A stretch of 64,000 nucleotides of DNA from an uncultured bacterium (GCA_963775535.1 CAVZJH010000055.1:86311-150310), one strand, 5' to 3'; shown: positions 18,542 to 29,260, counted from the first letter of the stretch. The notes: generated by a model not told the origin, from the sequence alone. Numbers and translations: made by a program.

Positions 18542-20140
18542 ATGAAGTATAAGGCTTTTGCAGTTATTTGGGTTATGCTCATGTTTTGTCACGTTTCCGT
18601 TGCTTCAGACAGCAAGTCTGTGGACAGCTCTACTGGCATGCCGAAGCAGGACTACTGGATGGGCATCTACTATGACCAGAGTAAAGTCGGGTCAATGCAC
18701 GTGATGGTCCGCAAAGGCCGTGTTAACGACAAAGATGGCTGGATCAGGGATGATGCGCTGCGAATCCGATTTAGAACACCTGGCACGAACTGTACGTGTA
18801 ACCTTGATCGCGAGCTGTTTGCGGACAACAATTACAACCCGGTATCTGACGGTTTCACATCAGATTATAAGGATTCCGCCCATGACGGTTACTATCCGTC
18901 GACCGTGGAGATTTCTTTCGGGGCAGGTAGTGTAAAGACCGCGACAAATGCGGATGGGGAGATTGATGAAAAGACAGTACCAATCTCAAAAGAAGACCAC
19001 GCCCAATTGTTGTCAGGCTGTAGATATGATCTTGGAGAAACACTCTCACCAGGTGACAAGTTCGATGTAAACCGTGTCCGCTACACACTCAGCATGGTGC
19101 CTGGGGATGGCATCGTGTGTCAGCGCAGTCCGACTAAAATAGGCGTGTTACGCCGCGAGCCGATTGCAGTTGATGGTAAGCCCTACAATACTCTGATTGT
19201 ATTTGAGGTGAGCGACGATGTCGGCATCAAAAGATGGCAGTTGGATAATGGGGAGATCATCAGGGAGGAAAGACCCGCGGAACACCTGACGTTTATCAGG
19301 GAAACAAAGGAGAAGGCCACAGAGGTCGACGCGGGATCAGGGCCTCTCCTTGAAACACACGCCAAGTCTGAGCCTACGGCAGAAAAGAACCCCGATATGC
19401 TCAGTTTGTCTCCGGTTAATGCTGACTACTGGATGGGAGTGTATGCGGGCTCCTCAAAAATCGGATACTTCCACGTGGTCACGAAGCCTGATAACTTTGA
19501 AGGAAAAGATGTATTCCGCAGAGACGAAAGTTTGCATCTGTGGACCGACGGGTCCGGAATTAGCTGCGACGCAGACATGAGCGGCACGAAATACACTGGT
19601 AAGGACTCTTTTCCCGTCTTCGAGTCGCTGAACGCAGTTGGGAACAGCCAATCTGGGGCTCCAGCAAGTGAGACGGGTATGCACACAGAGATCAGATACA
19701 GTCAGGGGTCAGTCGATTTCAAGATGACCGTTGACGGGAAATCCTCTGCAGCTAATGCTCCATTAACAGATGATATTAGGGAGAGGCTGATCACTGGTTG
19801 TACCTATGACTTTGGCACGAGGAAGCTGAACGTCGGCGACTCGATCGCTGCGCGTCATTGCGCCTGGACTTTTAGTGACAAAGATGGGCTGTCACGCAAT
19901 ATCACCAATGTCATATTGGATGTGATTCGCGCGGAGACGCTCGAACTGGATGGGCAGACATACAATGCGTTGGTCATATCGGAGATGTGCAGCAATGGTG
20001 ATCAGATTACCAGCTGGCGGCTTGATAATGGCGAGGTCATCAAGCAGGAAATGTCCGGTGTTACGATGGTCTTGGAGAGCAAGGAAAAAGCGACTCAGCC
20101 CATCAAGCCAGTGAAGCCAAACGCTGTCGGCACAAAGTGA
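18542..20140 (+). CDS. secreted two-module protein of unknown function, paralogue 2
   Basis: 532 aa with signal peptide MKYKAFAVIWVMLMFCHVSVA. The N module starts PKQDYWMGIYYDQSKVGSMHV and the C module starts NADYWMGVYAGSSKIGYFHV. Confidence 0.7.
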   Translation: MKYKAFAVIWVMLMFCHVSVASDSKSVDSSTGMPKQDYWMGIYYDQSKVGSMHVMVRKGRVNDKDGWIRDDALRIRFRTPGTNCTCNLDRELFADNNYNPVSDGFTSDYKDSAHDGYYPSTVEISFGAGSVKTATNADGEIDEKTVPISKEDHAQLLSGCRYDLGETLSPGDKFDVNRVRYTLSMVPGDGIVCQRSPTKIGVLRREPIAVDGKPYNTLIVFEVSDDVGIKRWQLDNGEIIREERPAEHLTFIRETKEKATEVDAGSGPLLETHAKSEPTAEKNPDMLSLSPVNADYWMGVYAGSSKIGYFHVVTKPDNFEGKDVFRRDESLHLWTDGSGISCDADMSGTKYTGKDSFPVFESLNAVGNSQSGAPASETGMHTEIRYSQGSVDFKMTVDGKSSAANAPLTDDIRERLITGCTYDFGTRKLNVGDSIAARHCAWTFSDKDGLSRNITNVILDVIRAETLELDGQTYNALVISEMCSNGDQITSWRLDNGEVIKQEMSGVTMVLESKEKATQPIKPVKPNAVGTK

Positions 20141-20179
20141 TCTCATGCATGAGCGTCTTTTTTTAGGCGGTGTAACGGA

Positions 20180-21745
20180 ATGAAAGGTAAGAGTCTAGCG
20201 GTTCTTTGGGGTGTGCTGATGTTCTGCCAGAACGCTGTTGCGTCAGGCGCCAATTCTGCTGACAAGCCGAAGCAGGATTACTGGATGGGCGTTTACTACG
20301 ACCATAGTAAGGTCGGGTCGCTGCACGTGACGGTCCGCGAAGGCCGGGTTAACGACAAAGACGGCTGGATCAGGGATGAGACTATGCGCCTCTGCTACAG
20401 ATCCTCTGGCAAGAGCTATACACTTGAGACAGACCGCGAGCATCGTGCGTGCAACAATTACGAACCAGCATCAGACTGCATGAAGCTGCAAGGCACCGAC
20501 CGCGACTTGTCAGCTGTTGACGAGACGTTTTCACCGGGCGTCGGCAACGCTAAAATCACTTCGGGTAACACAACCGAGGAAAAGACATTGTCGCTTCTGG
20601 CAGAGGACGAAGCACAGCTTACATCAGGCTGCAAATATGATCTCGGAGGAAGAACGCTCTCGCCAGGGGATCGTTTTAATGTAAACGATCTCCACTTTAT
20701 CGCGATGATTTTGGAGCCGACTGGCAATTGCCCATTATGGTCTGGCACAACCGCTGTATCTGTGGAACGTCGGGAGAAAATCACGATTGACGGAAAGTCC
20801 TACAATGCTCTGGTTGTAACCGAGGAGGGCGGCGATGTCGATATCACCAGATGGCAGTTAGCGACCGGAGAGATTATCAAAGAAGAGAGACCTTCTGAAC
20901 ACTTGGTGTTTCTCAGGGAAACAAAGGAAAAGGCAACCGAGGTTGACGAGGGTCCAGGACCCCTCCTTGGGCAGGCCACGTCTGAACCCACAGCAAAACC
21001 CAATCCCCATCTGCTCAGTTCGTCTCCCGCTAATGCTGACTACTGGATGGGTGTGTATTCCGGCTCCTCGAAGATAGGGTATTTTCACGTGGTCACAGGA
21101 CCGGATAAGTTTGAAGGAAAAGATGTTTTCCGAAGAGATGAGAGTTTGCATCTGTGGACAGCTCTGACCGGAAAGAGTACCGATACAGATTTCAATCATA
21201 CATCCTATGCCGGTAATGATTTCTTTCCAGTTTTTGATGAAGCTAGTGTCGTCGATCATACTGTTTCACCTCAGGTTGGAAACTACACGGTTGAGATCCG
21301 GTATAGTCCGGAATCAGCTGACATAACGACGACATTTGAAGGCAAGGCCACTACTGACACAACGCCTGTGTCCGAAGAACACAGGGACTGGCTGATAGAT
21401 GGCTGCGCCTACGATTTTGGCGTGAGAAGACTGCGTGTTGGAGACTCCATCGATATCGTGCACTGGTGCTGGATAGCCAACACACAAGCCAGCATTAACG
21501 GGGGGGAAGTGAATTCAACGCTAAAGACTGTCCGCCGGCAGGACCTCAAACTCGGTGAAAAGACCTACAATGTGTTCGTGATTTCCGAAGAACGCGACGC
21601 AGATGAAAAAGTCACCAGATGGCAGCTTGATAATGGCGAGGTCATCAAGCAGGAAATGTCCGGTGTTACGATGGTCTTGGAGAGCAAGGAAAAAGCGACT
21701 CAGCCCGTCAAGCCAGTGAAGCCAAACGCTGTCGGCACAAAGTGA
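20180..21745 (+). CDS. secreted two-module protein of unknown function, paralogue 3
   Basis: 521 aa with the same architecture. The last ~123 nt are almost identical to paralogue 2. Confidence 0.7.
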   Translation: MKGKSLAVLWGVLMFCQNAVASGANSADKPKQDYWMGVYYDHSKVGSLHVTVREGRVNDKDGWIRDETMRLCYRSSGKSYTLETDREHRACNNYEPASDCMKLQGTDRDLSAVDETFSPGVGNAKITSGNTTEEKTLSLLAEDEAQLTSGCKYDLGGRTLSPGDRFNVNDLHFIAMILEPTGNCPLWSGTTAVSVERREKITIDGKSYNALVVTEEGGDVDITRWQLATGEIIKEERPSEHLVFLRETKEKATEVDEGPGPLLGQATSEPTAKPNPHLLSSSPANADYWMGVYSGSSKIGYFHVVTGPDKFEGKDVFRRDESLHLWTALTGKSTDTDFNHTSYAGNDFFPVFDEASVVDHTVSPQVGNYTVEIRYSPESADITTTFEGKATTDTTPVSEEHRDWLIDGCAYDFGVRRLRVGDSIDIVHWCWIANTQASINGGEVNSTLKTVRRQDLKLGEKTYNVFVISEERDADEKVTRWQLDNGEVIKQEMSGVTMVLESKEKATQPVKPVKPNAVGTK

Positions 21746-21847
21746 TCTTATTCATAAAGCCCGTCTTTCCTGCCGATTAATACTATCGGGACACATCTCC
21801 GCGAAGCCTGAAATCCTCATTTGGCGCGGCCCGCGACAAAACGAAAT

Positions 21848-21876
21848 TTGACGTCTCGAAACTAAGCGGTTATTAT
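21848..21876 (+). promoter_or_regulatory. candidate sigma70-type promoter upstream of rpsA
   Basis: TTGACG (21848-21853), a 17-nt spacer, then TATTAT (21871-21876). About 230 nt upstream of the rpsA ATG. Confidence 0.4.
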
Positions 21877-22104
21877 TATATGTTAGAGTCGGTCTGGATT
21901 CAACCAGGCGGCTTCACAACTGTATTCTTTGGGGTTCGAACAGACCGGTACCGCAGCCGGTCGCTGCCGGTCGACCCCGGATGCGCGTAGATCAATGCCG
22001 GCGTATTTTTTGGCTTGCCCCGGGCGTGCGGGATACTGCCTGGGGACGACTAATTTGCGACAGCCGCTGATAGAGCCTGGCTGCTCGCGAGAGGAGTGTT
22101 GAAC

Positions 22105-23682
22105 ATGTCTGACGAGAAGATGGAGCAAGAGCGGAAGCCTGCCCCCACTCACGAACTGTCGGAGACCCCATTCGGGACGAGTTACTCCGAAGGAGAAAGT
22201 GGAGCCGAGACGGCCCAGCCGGCTGTCGAAGCGACCCAAGAGCAGCCCGCGGACGCGAGGGAAGCCCAGGAGAAAACCCAGCAGCCGGCAGAGGCCGAAG
22301 AGCCGATGACGATGGATGCTGCAATGGCTGGTATGGCCAGCTCAGGAGTCGACTACTCGGGGACGTTCAAATCGCTTACGGTTGGTGATGTTGTGGACGG
22401 GGTTGTTGTTCACATAGACCGCGATGGCGTCCTGGTGGATGTTGGCACCAAATCGGAAGGAATCGTAAAGCCCCACGAGCTTACCCGCGATCTTGGAGCC
22501 AATCCGGAGGACGTTGTTTCGGTCGGTGAGACTATCAAAGTTTACGTGGTTAAGCCCGAAAGCCATGAGGGCGGCCCTGTCCTCTCGAAGAAGAGGGCGG
22601 ATTTTGAAAACGCGTGGGAACGCGTTGAAAAAGTCTTTGCTGAGGGCAGCGTTTTGAAGGCGATGGTCACGGACCGCGTCAAGGGTGGACTGGTGGTCGA
22701 CCTTGGCATTAGAGGGTTCGTTCCGGCATCGCATTGTGGCTCAGGCAAGCTCAAGAACCTCGACAAGTTTATCGGTCAGAGTATGCCGTTCAAGGTCATA
22801 GAGGTAGATCGCGAGCGCAGGAAAGTCGTCCTTTCGAACCGCCTGGCTGTTGAAGAAGAGCAGGAAGAGATGCGCAAGGCGACCGTTTCCGACCTCGCCG
22901 AAGGCCAGATTCGCGACGGTGTGGTCAGGCGCATTACCGACTACGGGGCGTTTGTGGACCTCGGTGGAGTCGATGGGCTTCTGCACGTGAGCAAGATGTC
23001 GTGGACCAGGATCAACCATCCTTCCGAAGCCGTGAAAGTCGGTCAGAAGCTGCAGGTTATGGTGCTCAAGCTCAACCTCACGCAGGGCAGGGTTTCACTG
23101 GGTCTGAGGCAGATTTTGCCGGATCCGTGGGAAGATGTGAAGCGTCTGTACAGCGTTGGCGATGTTATCCAGGGCAGCGTGTCCAGGCTGGTTCCATTTG
23201 GAGCTTTTGTGCAGGTCGAAGGTGGAATCGAGGGCATCATACCGAACTCGGAATTGGGTCCGAAGCGTGTGAGCAATCCTGAGGAAGTTGTCGCCATTGG
23301 TCAGAAGGTTGAGATCAAAGTCATTGATGTTCGACCCGACGAGCGGCGGCTCACGCTTTCTATGAGACAGCTCCTGGCTCAGAAGGAGCGGGAGCGCGAC
23401 GATACCGAATACCGCAGCTACTCGCAGGGCAAGTCGGAAGACAGGACTACTATTGGCGATCTGATCGGTGAACAACTCGGTGATCTAAAGTTCGCCGAGC
23501 CGGTAGAAGAGCCTGCCAAGAAGAAGTCCAAGGCTAGATCGGCTAAGCGAGAAGCCCTTGCGGAAGCGGAAGCTTTGGCGGAGGCTGAGGCCGTCGAGGA
23601 AGAGCCGGTGATCGTTGAGCAGGTTGCGGCCGAAGAGATCGTGGCGGAGCCTGAGGCAGCGGCAGAGCCGAGGCGGCGGTAG
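22105..23682 (+). CDS. rpsA: 30S ribosomal protein S1 (four S1 domains, acidic N- and C-terminal extensions)
   Basis: I prefer the ATG at 22105 (GAGGAG 8 nt upstream). Four S1 OB folds are present (VGDVVDGVV.., EGSVLKAMV.., EGQIRDGVV.., VGDVIQGSV..). The stop falls inside an 18-nt repeat array. Confidence 0.9.
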   Translation: MSDEKMEQERKPAPTHELSETPFGTSYSEGESGAETAQPAVEATQEQPADAREAQEKTQQPAEAEEPMTMDAAMAGMASSGVDYSGTFKSLTVGDVVDGVVVHIDRDGVLVDVGTKSEGIVKPHELTRDLGANPEDVVSVGETIKVYVVKPESHEGGPVLSKKRADFENAWERVEKVFAEGSVLKAMVTDRVKGGLVVDLGIRGFVPASHCGSGKLKNLDKFIGQSMPFKVIEVDRERRKVVLSNRLAVEEEQEEMRKATVSDLAEGQIRDGVVRRITDYGAFVDLGGVDGLLHVSKMSWTRINHPSEAVKVGQKLQVMVLKLNLTQGRVSLGLRQILPDPWEDVKRLYSVGDVIQGSVSRLVPFGAFVQVEGGIEGIIPNSELGPKRVSNPEEVVAIGQKVEIKVIDVRPDERRLTLSMRQLLAQKERERDDTEYRSYSQGKSEDRTTIGDLIGEQLGDLKFAEPVEEPAKKKSKARSAKREALAEAEALAEAEAVEEEPVIVEQVAAEEIVAEPEAAAEPRRR

Positions 23683-23735
23683 AACCCGAAGCAGCGGCAG
23701 AACCCGAAGCGGCGGCAGAGCCTGAAGCAGCGGCA
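23647..23735 (+). repeat. 18-nt tandem repeat (EPEAAA units), five units, one only 17 nt long
   Basis: Units start at 23647, 23665, 23682, 23700 and 23718. Unit 2 (GAGCCGAGGCGGCGGTA) is 17 nt. Confidence 0.85.
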
Positions 23736-23861
23736 GAGCCCACTGCGAGTGAAGAGGGCACAAGCGAAGAGACAGCCCAAGCCGCTCCGGAAACTGAAGG
23801 TAAGACGGAAGCCACGCAGTAGAGGAATAGATCGCTTGCGATAAACGCAATCGGACTTGTC

Positions 23862-23897
23862 GGCCCGGCGGTAGAAATGCTGCCGGGCCATAGTTTT
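23862..23897 (+). terminator. intrinsic terminator-like hairpin
   Basis: GGCCCGGC (23862-23869) pairs with GCCGGGCC (23882-23889), followed by ATAGTTTTG. Confidence 0.5.
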
Positions 23898-23932
23898 GAC
23901 TGATATGCTTGTCAGCTATCGGCGGGGATCAA

Positions 23933-24547
23933 ATGGCCATTGTGATTGGAGTCACCGGAGGGATAGGCACGGGAAAGAGCACAGTGCTTAAGATGCTCGG
24001 CGAGTTGGGCGCCTGCACTCTGAGCGCCGATGATGTTGCTCGCGAAGTCCTGGCAAAAGGCACTCCGGGATATCGCGAAACAGTGGCGCGTTTTGGCGAG
24101 AATGTCATTGCCGCTGATGGCGAGATAGACAGGTCTGTCCTCGGAGAAATAGTCTTTGGCGATGCCGAGGCGAGGCAGGCGCTGAACGATATTACTCATC
24201 CGCGCATAATTGAAATCCTCAAGGAGCGCATCCAGCGGTTTCGAAAAGATCCGCCGCCAGGCTGCGCTGTTCTCGCGGTTGAGATTCCCCTTCTGTTTGA
24301 GTGTTTGCTGGAGTGGCTTGTCGATGAAGTATTGCTCGTTGCAGCGGAACAACAGACCCAGATAGATCGTCTCACAAGCAGATACAATGAAGATTTAACC
24401 CCGGAACAGGCGCTCCGCAGGATCAATGCCCAGATGCCGTTGTCGCAGAAGGCGGCGCGTGCCGACAGGGTGATTTGGAATGAGGGCGGCTTGAGCCAGC
24501 TCAGTGAATCCGTGAAGAGCGTTTGGAAGGAAATTCACTTGCTCTGA
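23933..24547 (+). CDS. coaE: dephospho-CoA kinase
   Basis: MAIVIGVTGGIGTGKST is a P-loop. ITHPRI and the overall length (~205 aa) are typical of CoaE. I prefer the ATG at 23933. Confidence 0.85.
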   Translation: MAIVIGVTGGIGTGKSTVLKMLGELGACTLSADDVAREVLAKGTPGYRETVARFGENVIAADGEIDRSVLGEIVFGDAEARQALNDITHPRIIEILKERIQRFRKDPPPGCAVLAVEIPLLFECLLEWLVDEVLLVAAEQQTQIDRLTSRYNEDLTPEQALRRINAQMPLSQKAARADRVIWNEGGLSQLSESVKSVWKEIHLL

Positions 24548-24872
24548 ACATGAGCAGTTGTGCTATAGTTGTTAACGGATGAGTTACACGTCAAGCAATT
24601 CGAGTGTAGATCATTTGTTACCTGCACAGGGAGGTTACCGGCATCTTGAAGACAACGCGTACCCGAGGGCAAAGGCCCGTTGGCATGCTTTCGGATGGAC
24701 TGTTCGTTCAAGTTGTGTGGACCCGTATGGTTGTTGTGGTGGCAAGTGGAGCAGCCGAATGTTTGGCACTACCCCTTTCATCTGTGAAACCCCGTGTTAT
24801 GCCCCGTTTAATCTGAGCACAACCGGTCTGCTTGTTAATGTGAACCGATCATTTGTAGGAGGAAATTAACTG

Positions 24873-26703
24873 TTGAGGCAGCTTATGCAATCCAGGGCTA
24901 TTAAGGGCATTTGTTACGTGCTTATCGTAGCTTTTGTTTCTTCTATAGCGCCATTGTCGCTTCCGACCCCGGCGAAAGCCGATCTGATGCCCACTTACTC
25001 CGTGGGTGTCGTTGATTTCGTTAACGAATCCGGAGTCCAGGGGGATTTCCTTGCGAGGCTGGCAACCGATGCAGTGGTGGTGGAATTAGCCAAGACCGGC
25101 CGCTACGATGTGGGCGGCGCCACCCGAGCCATGATAAAGAAATCCATGGACGATCTCGGCCTGCATCCGCCGCTTACTACGATCGGTCTTGTGAGGCTTG
25201 CAGAGGACCTTCAGGTCGACGCAATGCTTCAAGGATCCATCAAGTCGGTTCAACTGGCTGGCTCCGGTCCCACCAGGCGGGCTTCTGTCACACTGGTTCT
25301 TCAGATGAGGGACCGTGCGTCTGCTGAGATCATAAACGGCGCAGTCCAGACCGGTAATTCCAGCAGCCGCGTAGGCTACACCTGCGACGATGACGAACTG
25401 ATCAGCGAAGCAATAAGCAACGCTGCTTTTTTGGCCGTCAAGACGATGGTCGATTACATTATCCCCGAAGCCACCGTTCAGATGAATTTCGGGGACAATG
25501 AGGTTATGCTCAACAAGGGCGCTCGCGATGGCCTTAAGCCCGGGATGAGAATGATCGTGCTTCGGCAGAACGAAATCATCGGCTATGTCGAGATTCGTCA
25601 GGTTAACCCGATGGACAGTATGGCGCAGGTCGTCAAGTCGATGAGAGGCATCCAGCCTGAAGATAAGGTTCGTGCGATTTTCGATATGCCGACCGTGAGC
25701 AGTACGCTGAAGTCCGAGCCTTTGCCGTCCGGCGCGCCAAAGAGCAGCGGCGGTAGGAGTAACACACTCAGCAAGATCGGGAAGGCGCTGCTCATCGGTG
25801 CTGTCGTTTTTGGCCTGGTGTCTTTGTTTAGTGGCGGTCGCGGAACTGGGAGTCCTGCAAGCATCGGCGCGTCCTCCTCGACGCCTACCACGATCACCTG
25901 GAATCCGGCCGCGTTTTCTCATGGCCTCAATGTTATCGAGTATGATGTCCTCAGGGATAATATGGCGGTGAGCGCACAACCCGTAAGGGTAATAAGCGAC
26001 CCATCCGCCATCGATGCGGGCAAGACTGACGTATATAGCTTGTATGGGACAACCACGGCGACTAACGTGGTCTACAACTCCATGACCAGTAACCCATCCA
26101 CAACTATCAGCCAGTTGAACTGGAATGTTCCCGCTGAGCCTTACGGCAATACTCATACTTACCAGGTCAGAGTGCTCTACCAGATGACCGCCGGTAACGA
26201 CCCCGACAGGTTCATCAGGCACGTCAACCAGCACCACAACCACAACCACGACTAGTACCACGTATGCGTTCTCGCCTGTCAGCAATTCCATAATTGCGAC
26301 GGCGACTCAGCCGGTCCAGAATACGGATGTCGTGCAGCCTGCATACGATCCTTCCGTGGGCCCGTCGGATCTGCTCGTCAGCGACCTCCAGGCAGGGAAT
26401 GTTAACTTCCAGTGGAAGCGCAAGGATGGCGCGGACACTTACTACGTAGTTGTCCAGCCTACCAATCCGGGCACCGGCCCGACCTGGCAAAGTCCTGTCA
26501 TTCATGAGACTGGTCCGACTGTGGCATTGTCGAGCAGCATGCTCGCCGACCTGGCCAGGGTGTTGTCAGGCACCGCATACGCGGGTTCGGTAATGAGCTG
26601 GTGGGTATACCAAAGGCACTCCACGGACACCAGTCCGGCATGGGTGCAGAGCCAGGAAAACAGGTTCACCATCGCAGCAACCCCACCGCCGCTGCCGTCC
26701 TAG
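24873..26703 (+). CDS. membrane-anchored protein with CsgG/LpoB-like N-domain and FN3-like C-terminal domain (one frame break)
   Basis: TTG start 10 nt after AGGAGG, then a signal peptide. YSVGVVDFVNESGVQGDFLARLATDAVVVELAKTGRYDV resembles CsgG/LpoB/TolB-N type domains. A TM helix is present (ALLIGAVVFGLVSLF). The frame shifts near 26195-26225 into a Thr-rich linker plus LLVSDLQAGNVNFQWKRKDGADTYYVVV (26332..26703 ORF). Confidence 0.6.
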
Positions 26704-26742
26704 GCCTTGGTATTGTTGCATAGGAAGAGGAGGAGTATTTGA

Positions 26743-29102
26743 ATGGAACGTTGCGCGTATGAGTGGAATAGGCGCCTGATATTTGCCGGCTCGTTGGTAG
26801 TGTTGGTCGGCCTGCTGCTTGCAAGCATAGCAGGGGCAGGCACCCCAAATGCGACTTATGTGCCTAATGAGTATCTGGTTCACGTGCAGCCTGGGGCGAC
26901 GCAGGCGGAAATCAATCAGTCGATCGGCCAGATGGGAGCGACACTCATCAAGCCCAGCGGGTTTCACGATACCTATCTGGTAAGGCTTGGCCGGACGTCT
27001 TCGGTTGGGTCGACTGACACGATGCGCGCAACTTCCTATCAACCTTCCAGGTGGGTCATCACGAGTGTTGAGCCGAATGCCATCTGCAAGGCGTATGCAA
27101 TCCCGAATGATCCGTATTGGAGCGATATGTGGAACATGCGCTCGATTAATATGCCGGCTGCATGGGACTTGGAAAAAGGCTCATCGAGCGTAACGGTTGC
27201 AGTGCTGGACACTGGTGTTGCGAATCACCCGGACCTTGCCAGCAGAATCACTGCGGGATACAATTTCGAGGCAAATACCACGGACGCAAGTCAGGACTTG
27301 GAAGGCCATGGCACCTGGGTGGCGGGCGCGATTGCGGCGCAGGGCAACAATGGTGAGGGTGTAGTCGGCGTCTGTTGGAACGGCGTTCAGATTATGCCGG
27401 TCAAAATCTTAGACGACACGGGCGCCGGCACGTTGGATACGGCGCTCAGCGGCCTTAGTTTTGCCGAGACAAATAACGCCAATGTCGTGAACATGAGCTG
27501 GGGCTTCCCGTCGGGCTCCGATATTCCCACATTGGAGAGCAAGCTGGCCGAACTGAACAACCTTGGAATCATCCTGGTTGCCGCCGCGGGCAACAATGGT
27601 GAAACGAGCGATCCGTCTATTGGTCCACCGGCGGTGTACCCTGAGTGCATCTGTGTCGCTTCCGTCGGCCCATTCGACGAGATTGCGCCATATTCGAGTT
27701 ACGGTCCTGGAAAGATAGTAAGCATCGCCGCCCCCGGTGGGGACGATACCGTGGGTAGCTCAGGCTGGGTTTGGAGCACTGCGGTGACTTGGAGCGGCAC
27801 CACTCCAACCTACACTTACCAGGGACCGTATACTGCTTCGGACGGGACTGCCTGGGGTTGGGAGGGAACGTCGATGGCAACCCCATTAGTAGCCGGAGCT
27901 GCAGCGCTTCTGCGCAGCTATGGCGTGGCGCCCGCTAATATTAGAAGCCGATTGATCAACAGTGCGCGCCCCCCCAGTTCAGGGGGCATGGATCCTGTTA
28001 AATATGGCGCCGGCATCCTGGACGTTCAGGCTGCGCTGATCAATTCGACCCTCAAGATTGTCACACCTGCCAAGGGCTCCACAGTGAGCGAGACCCCGCA
28101 ATTTCAGATTGCCATTCAGGGTTTGGACATTAACAGCATCAACGTGTATGTGGATTACGCAGACCTGAATGGTGATGGGATACCCGATAGCTCGACGGAG
28201 ATTCCGGTAATAAGCGCGTTGAACATAGCGTCGTATCTGAACGTTACGCAGACTGCCATCACATTCACACCCCCCATACCGACGTTGAATACGCTTGTGC
28301 CGGGGGTCCATAATATCTACGTATCCGGTTCATCCCTGGCCGATGGCACCACGGTGTCAGACTGGGGGACATTCACGGTTGCCCAGTATAAAGTGACTCA
28401 GGGTCTGCACATGTTTGCATTTCCGTATGCATTGCCGAGCCTGACTGCACAAGCGCCTTCGAGTTTCCTGGTCGATGCGAGTGGGAACAGCGCTCAGTTC
28501 GGACTCAATCAGTATCCCCGCTCGACCATGATTCGCTGGATAGCCGCGCCACGGTCGTCGACTAGTACTTCGCCTATCGGTTATGTGACTTACTCGCCGG
28601 CCAATCCGCTGGATCTGGTTTGGACGAACCCTTACTATACGCTTGATAACGGCACAACTCTTACTGTCGGTGGCGGAATATATACCAACGTTATGACCGG
28701 AATGCCGGTCACCGCGGGGCCTGCCGGCTCTGCGTTTTGGCTGATTCTTCCTGAAGACATGTGCATTACCAATGACGTTCCATTGGAATCACTGACTCAA
28801 TTTGACGGATCAAAGGGCTACCAGATTCAACTGTAGCAGTGGGTGGAATATGTTCGGCAACCCTTATGAGCACGAGATTACGTCGCAGGCTGCGCTGTTT
28901 ACCTACCAGGGGCAGACGAAGAAGTCTCCTTGACGCTGAAAACGCCGGATGGGTAGGAACAGTTATTTACGGTTACAACGGTTCCGTGTATCAGAGCGTG
29001 TCCAGCAACGACATGCTCGAACCCTACCAGGGTTATTGGATAGTCGCATTGGTTGGCGGGACTGATCAGACAACTGCTCTTACAATGACGGTTTTGCCAT
29101 AG
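26743..29102 (+). CDS. subtilisin-like serine protease (S8) with I9 propeptide and shared C-terminal module (two frame breaks in the last 300 nt)
   Basis: Catalytic D (VAVLDTGV), H (HGTWVAG) and S (GTSMATPLVAGAAALL) are present. The main ORF ends at 28836. After shifts near 28825-28835 and 28915-28930 the reading continues SSGWNMFGNPY ... SLLDAENAGWVGTVIYGYN ... LEPYQGYWIVAL (28839..29102 ORF). Confidence 0.85.
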
Positions 29103-29260
29103 GCAAGCATATTCGTCGTGTCCGCACTGTTAGCGCGGCAATAACACAGGTGAATTGCAGCCGGTGGCGCAGAACACGAAAACGCGAAAGTGATTGACTC
29201 CCGGCGTCGGCCGAAATCATGAGGAGAACGCCCGGTAAGGGCGAAGAGGAGATCATCAAG

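Noticed and set aside
24579-24869. 96-aa ORF in the leader of the 24873 gene
   Set aside because: It has no SD, an odd Cys/Trp-rich composition and no similarity to anything I recognise. The region is more likely an untranslated leader. A TGCTATAGT extended -10-like sequence lies at about 24558.
25086-26291. 401-aa minus-strand ORF
   Set aside because: It lies entirely antisense to the 24873 gene and its composition is Arg/Gly/His-rich with low complexity. This is a typical shadow ORF of a GC-rich coding region. The same reasoning applies to 8609..9046(-), 13524..14036(-), 14167..14802(-), 15548..16261(-) and 17381..18016(-).
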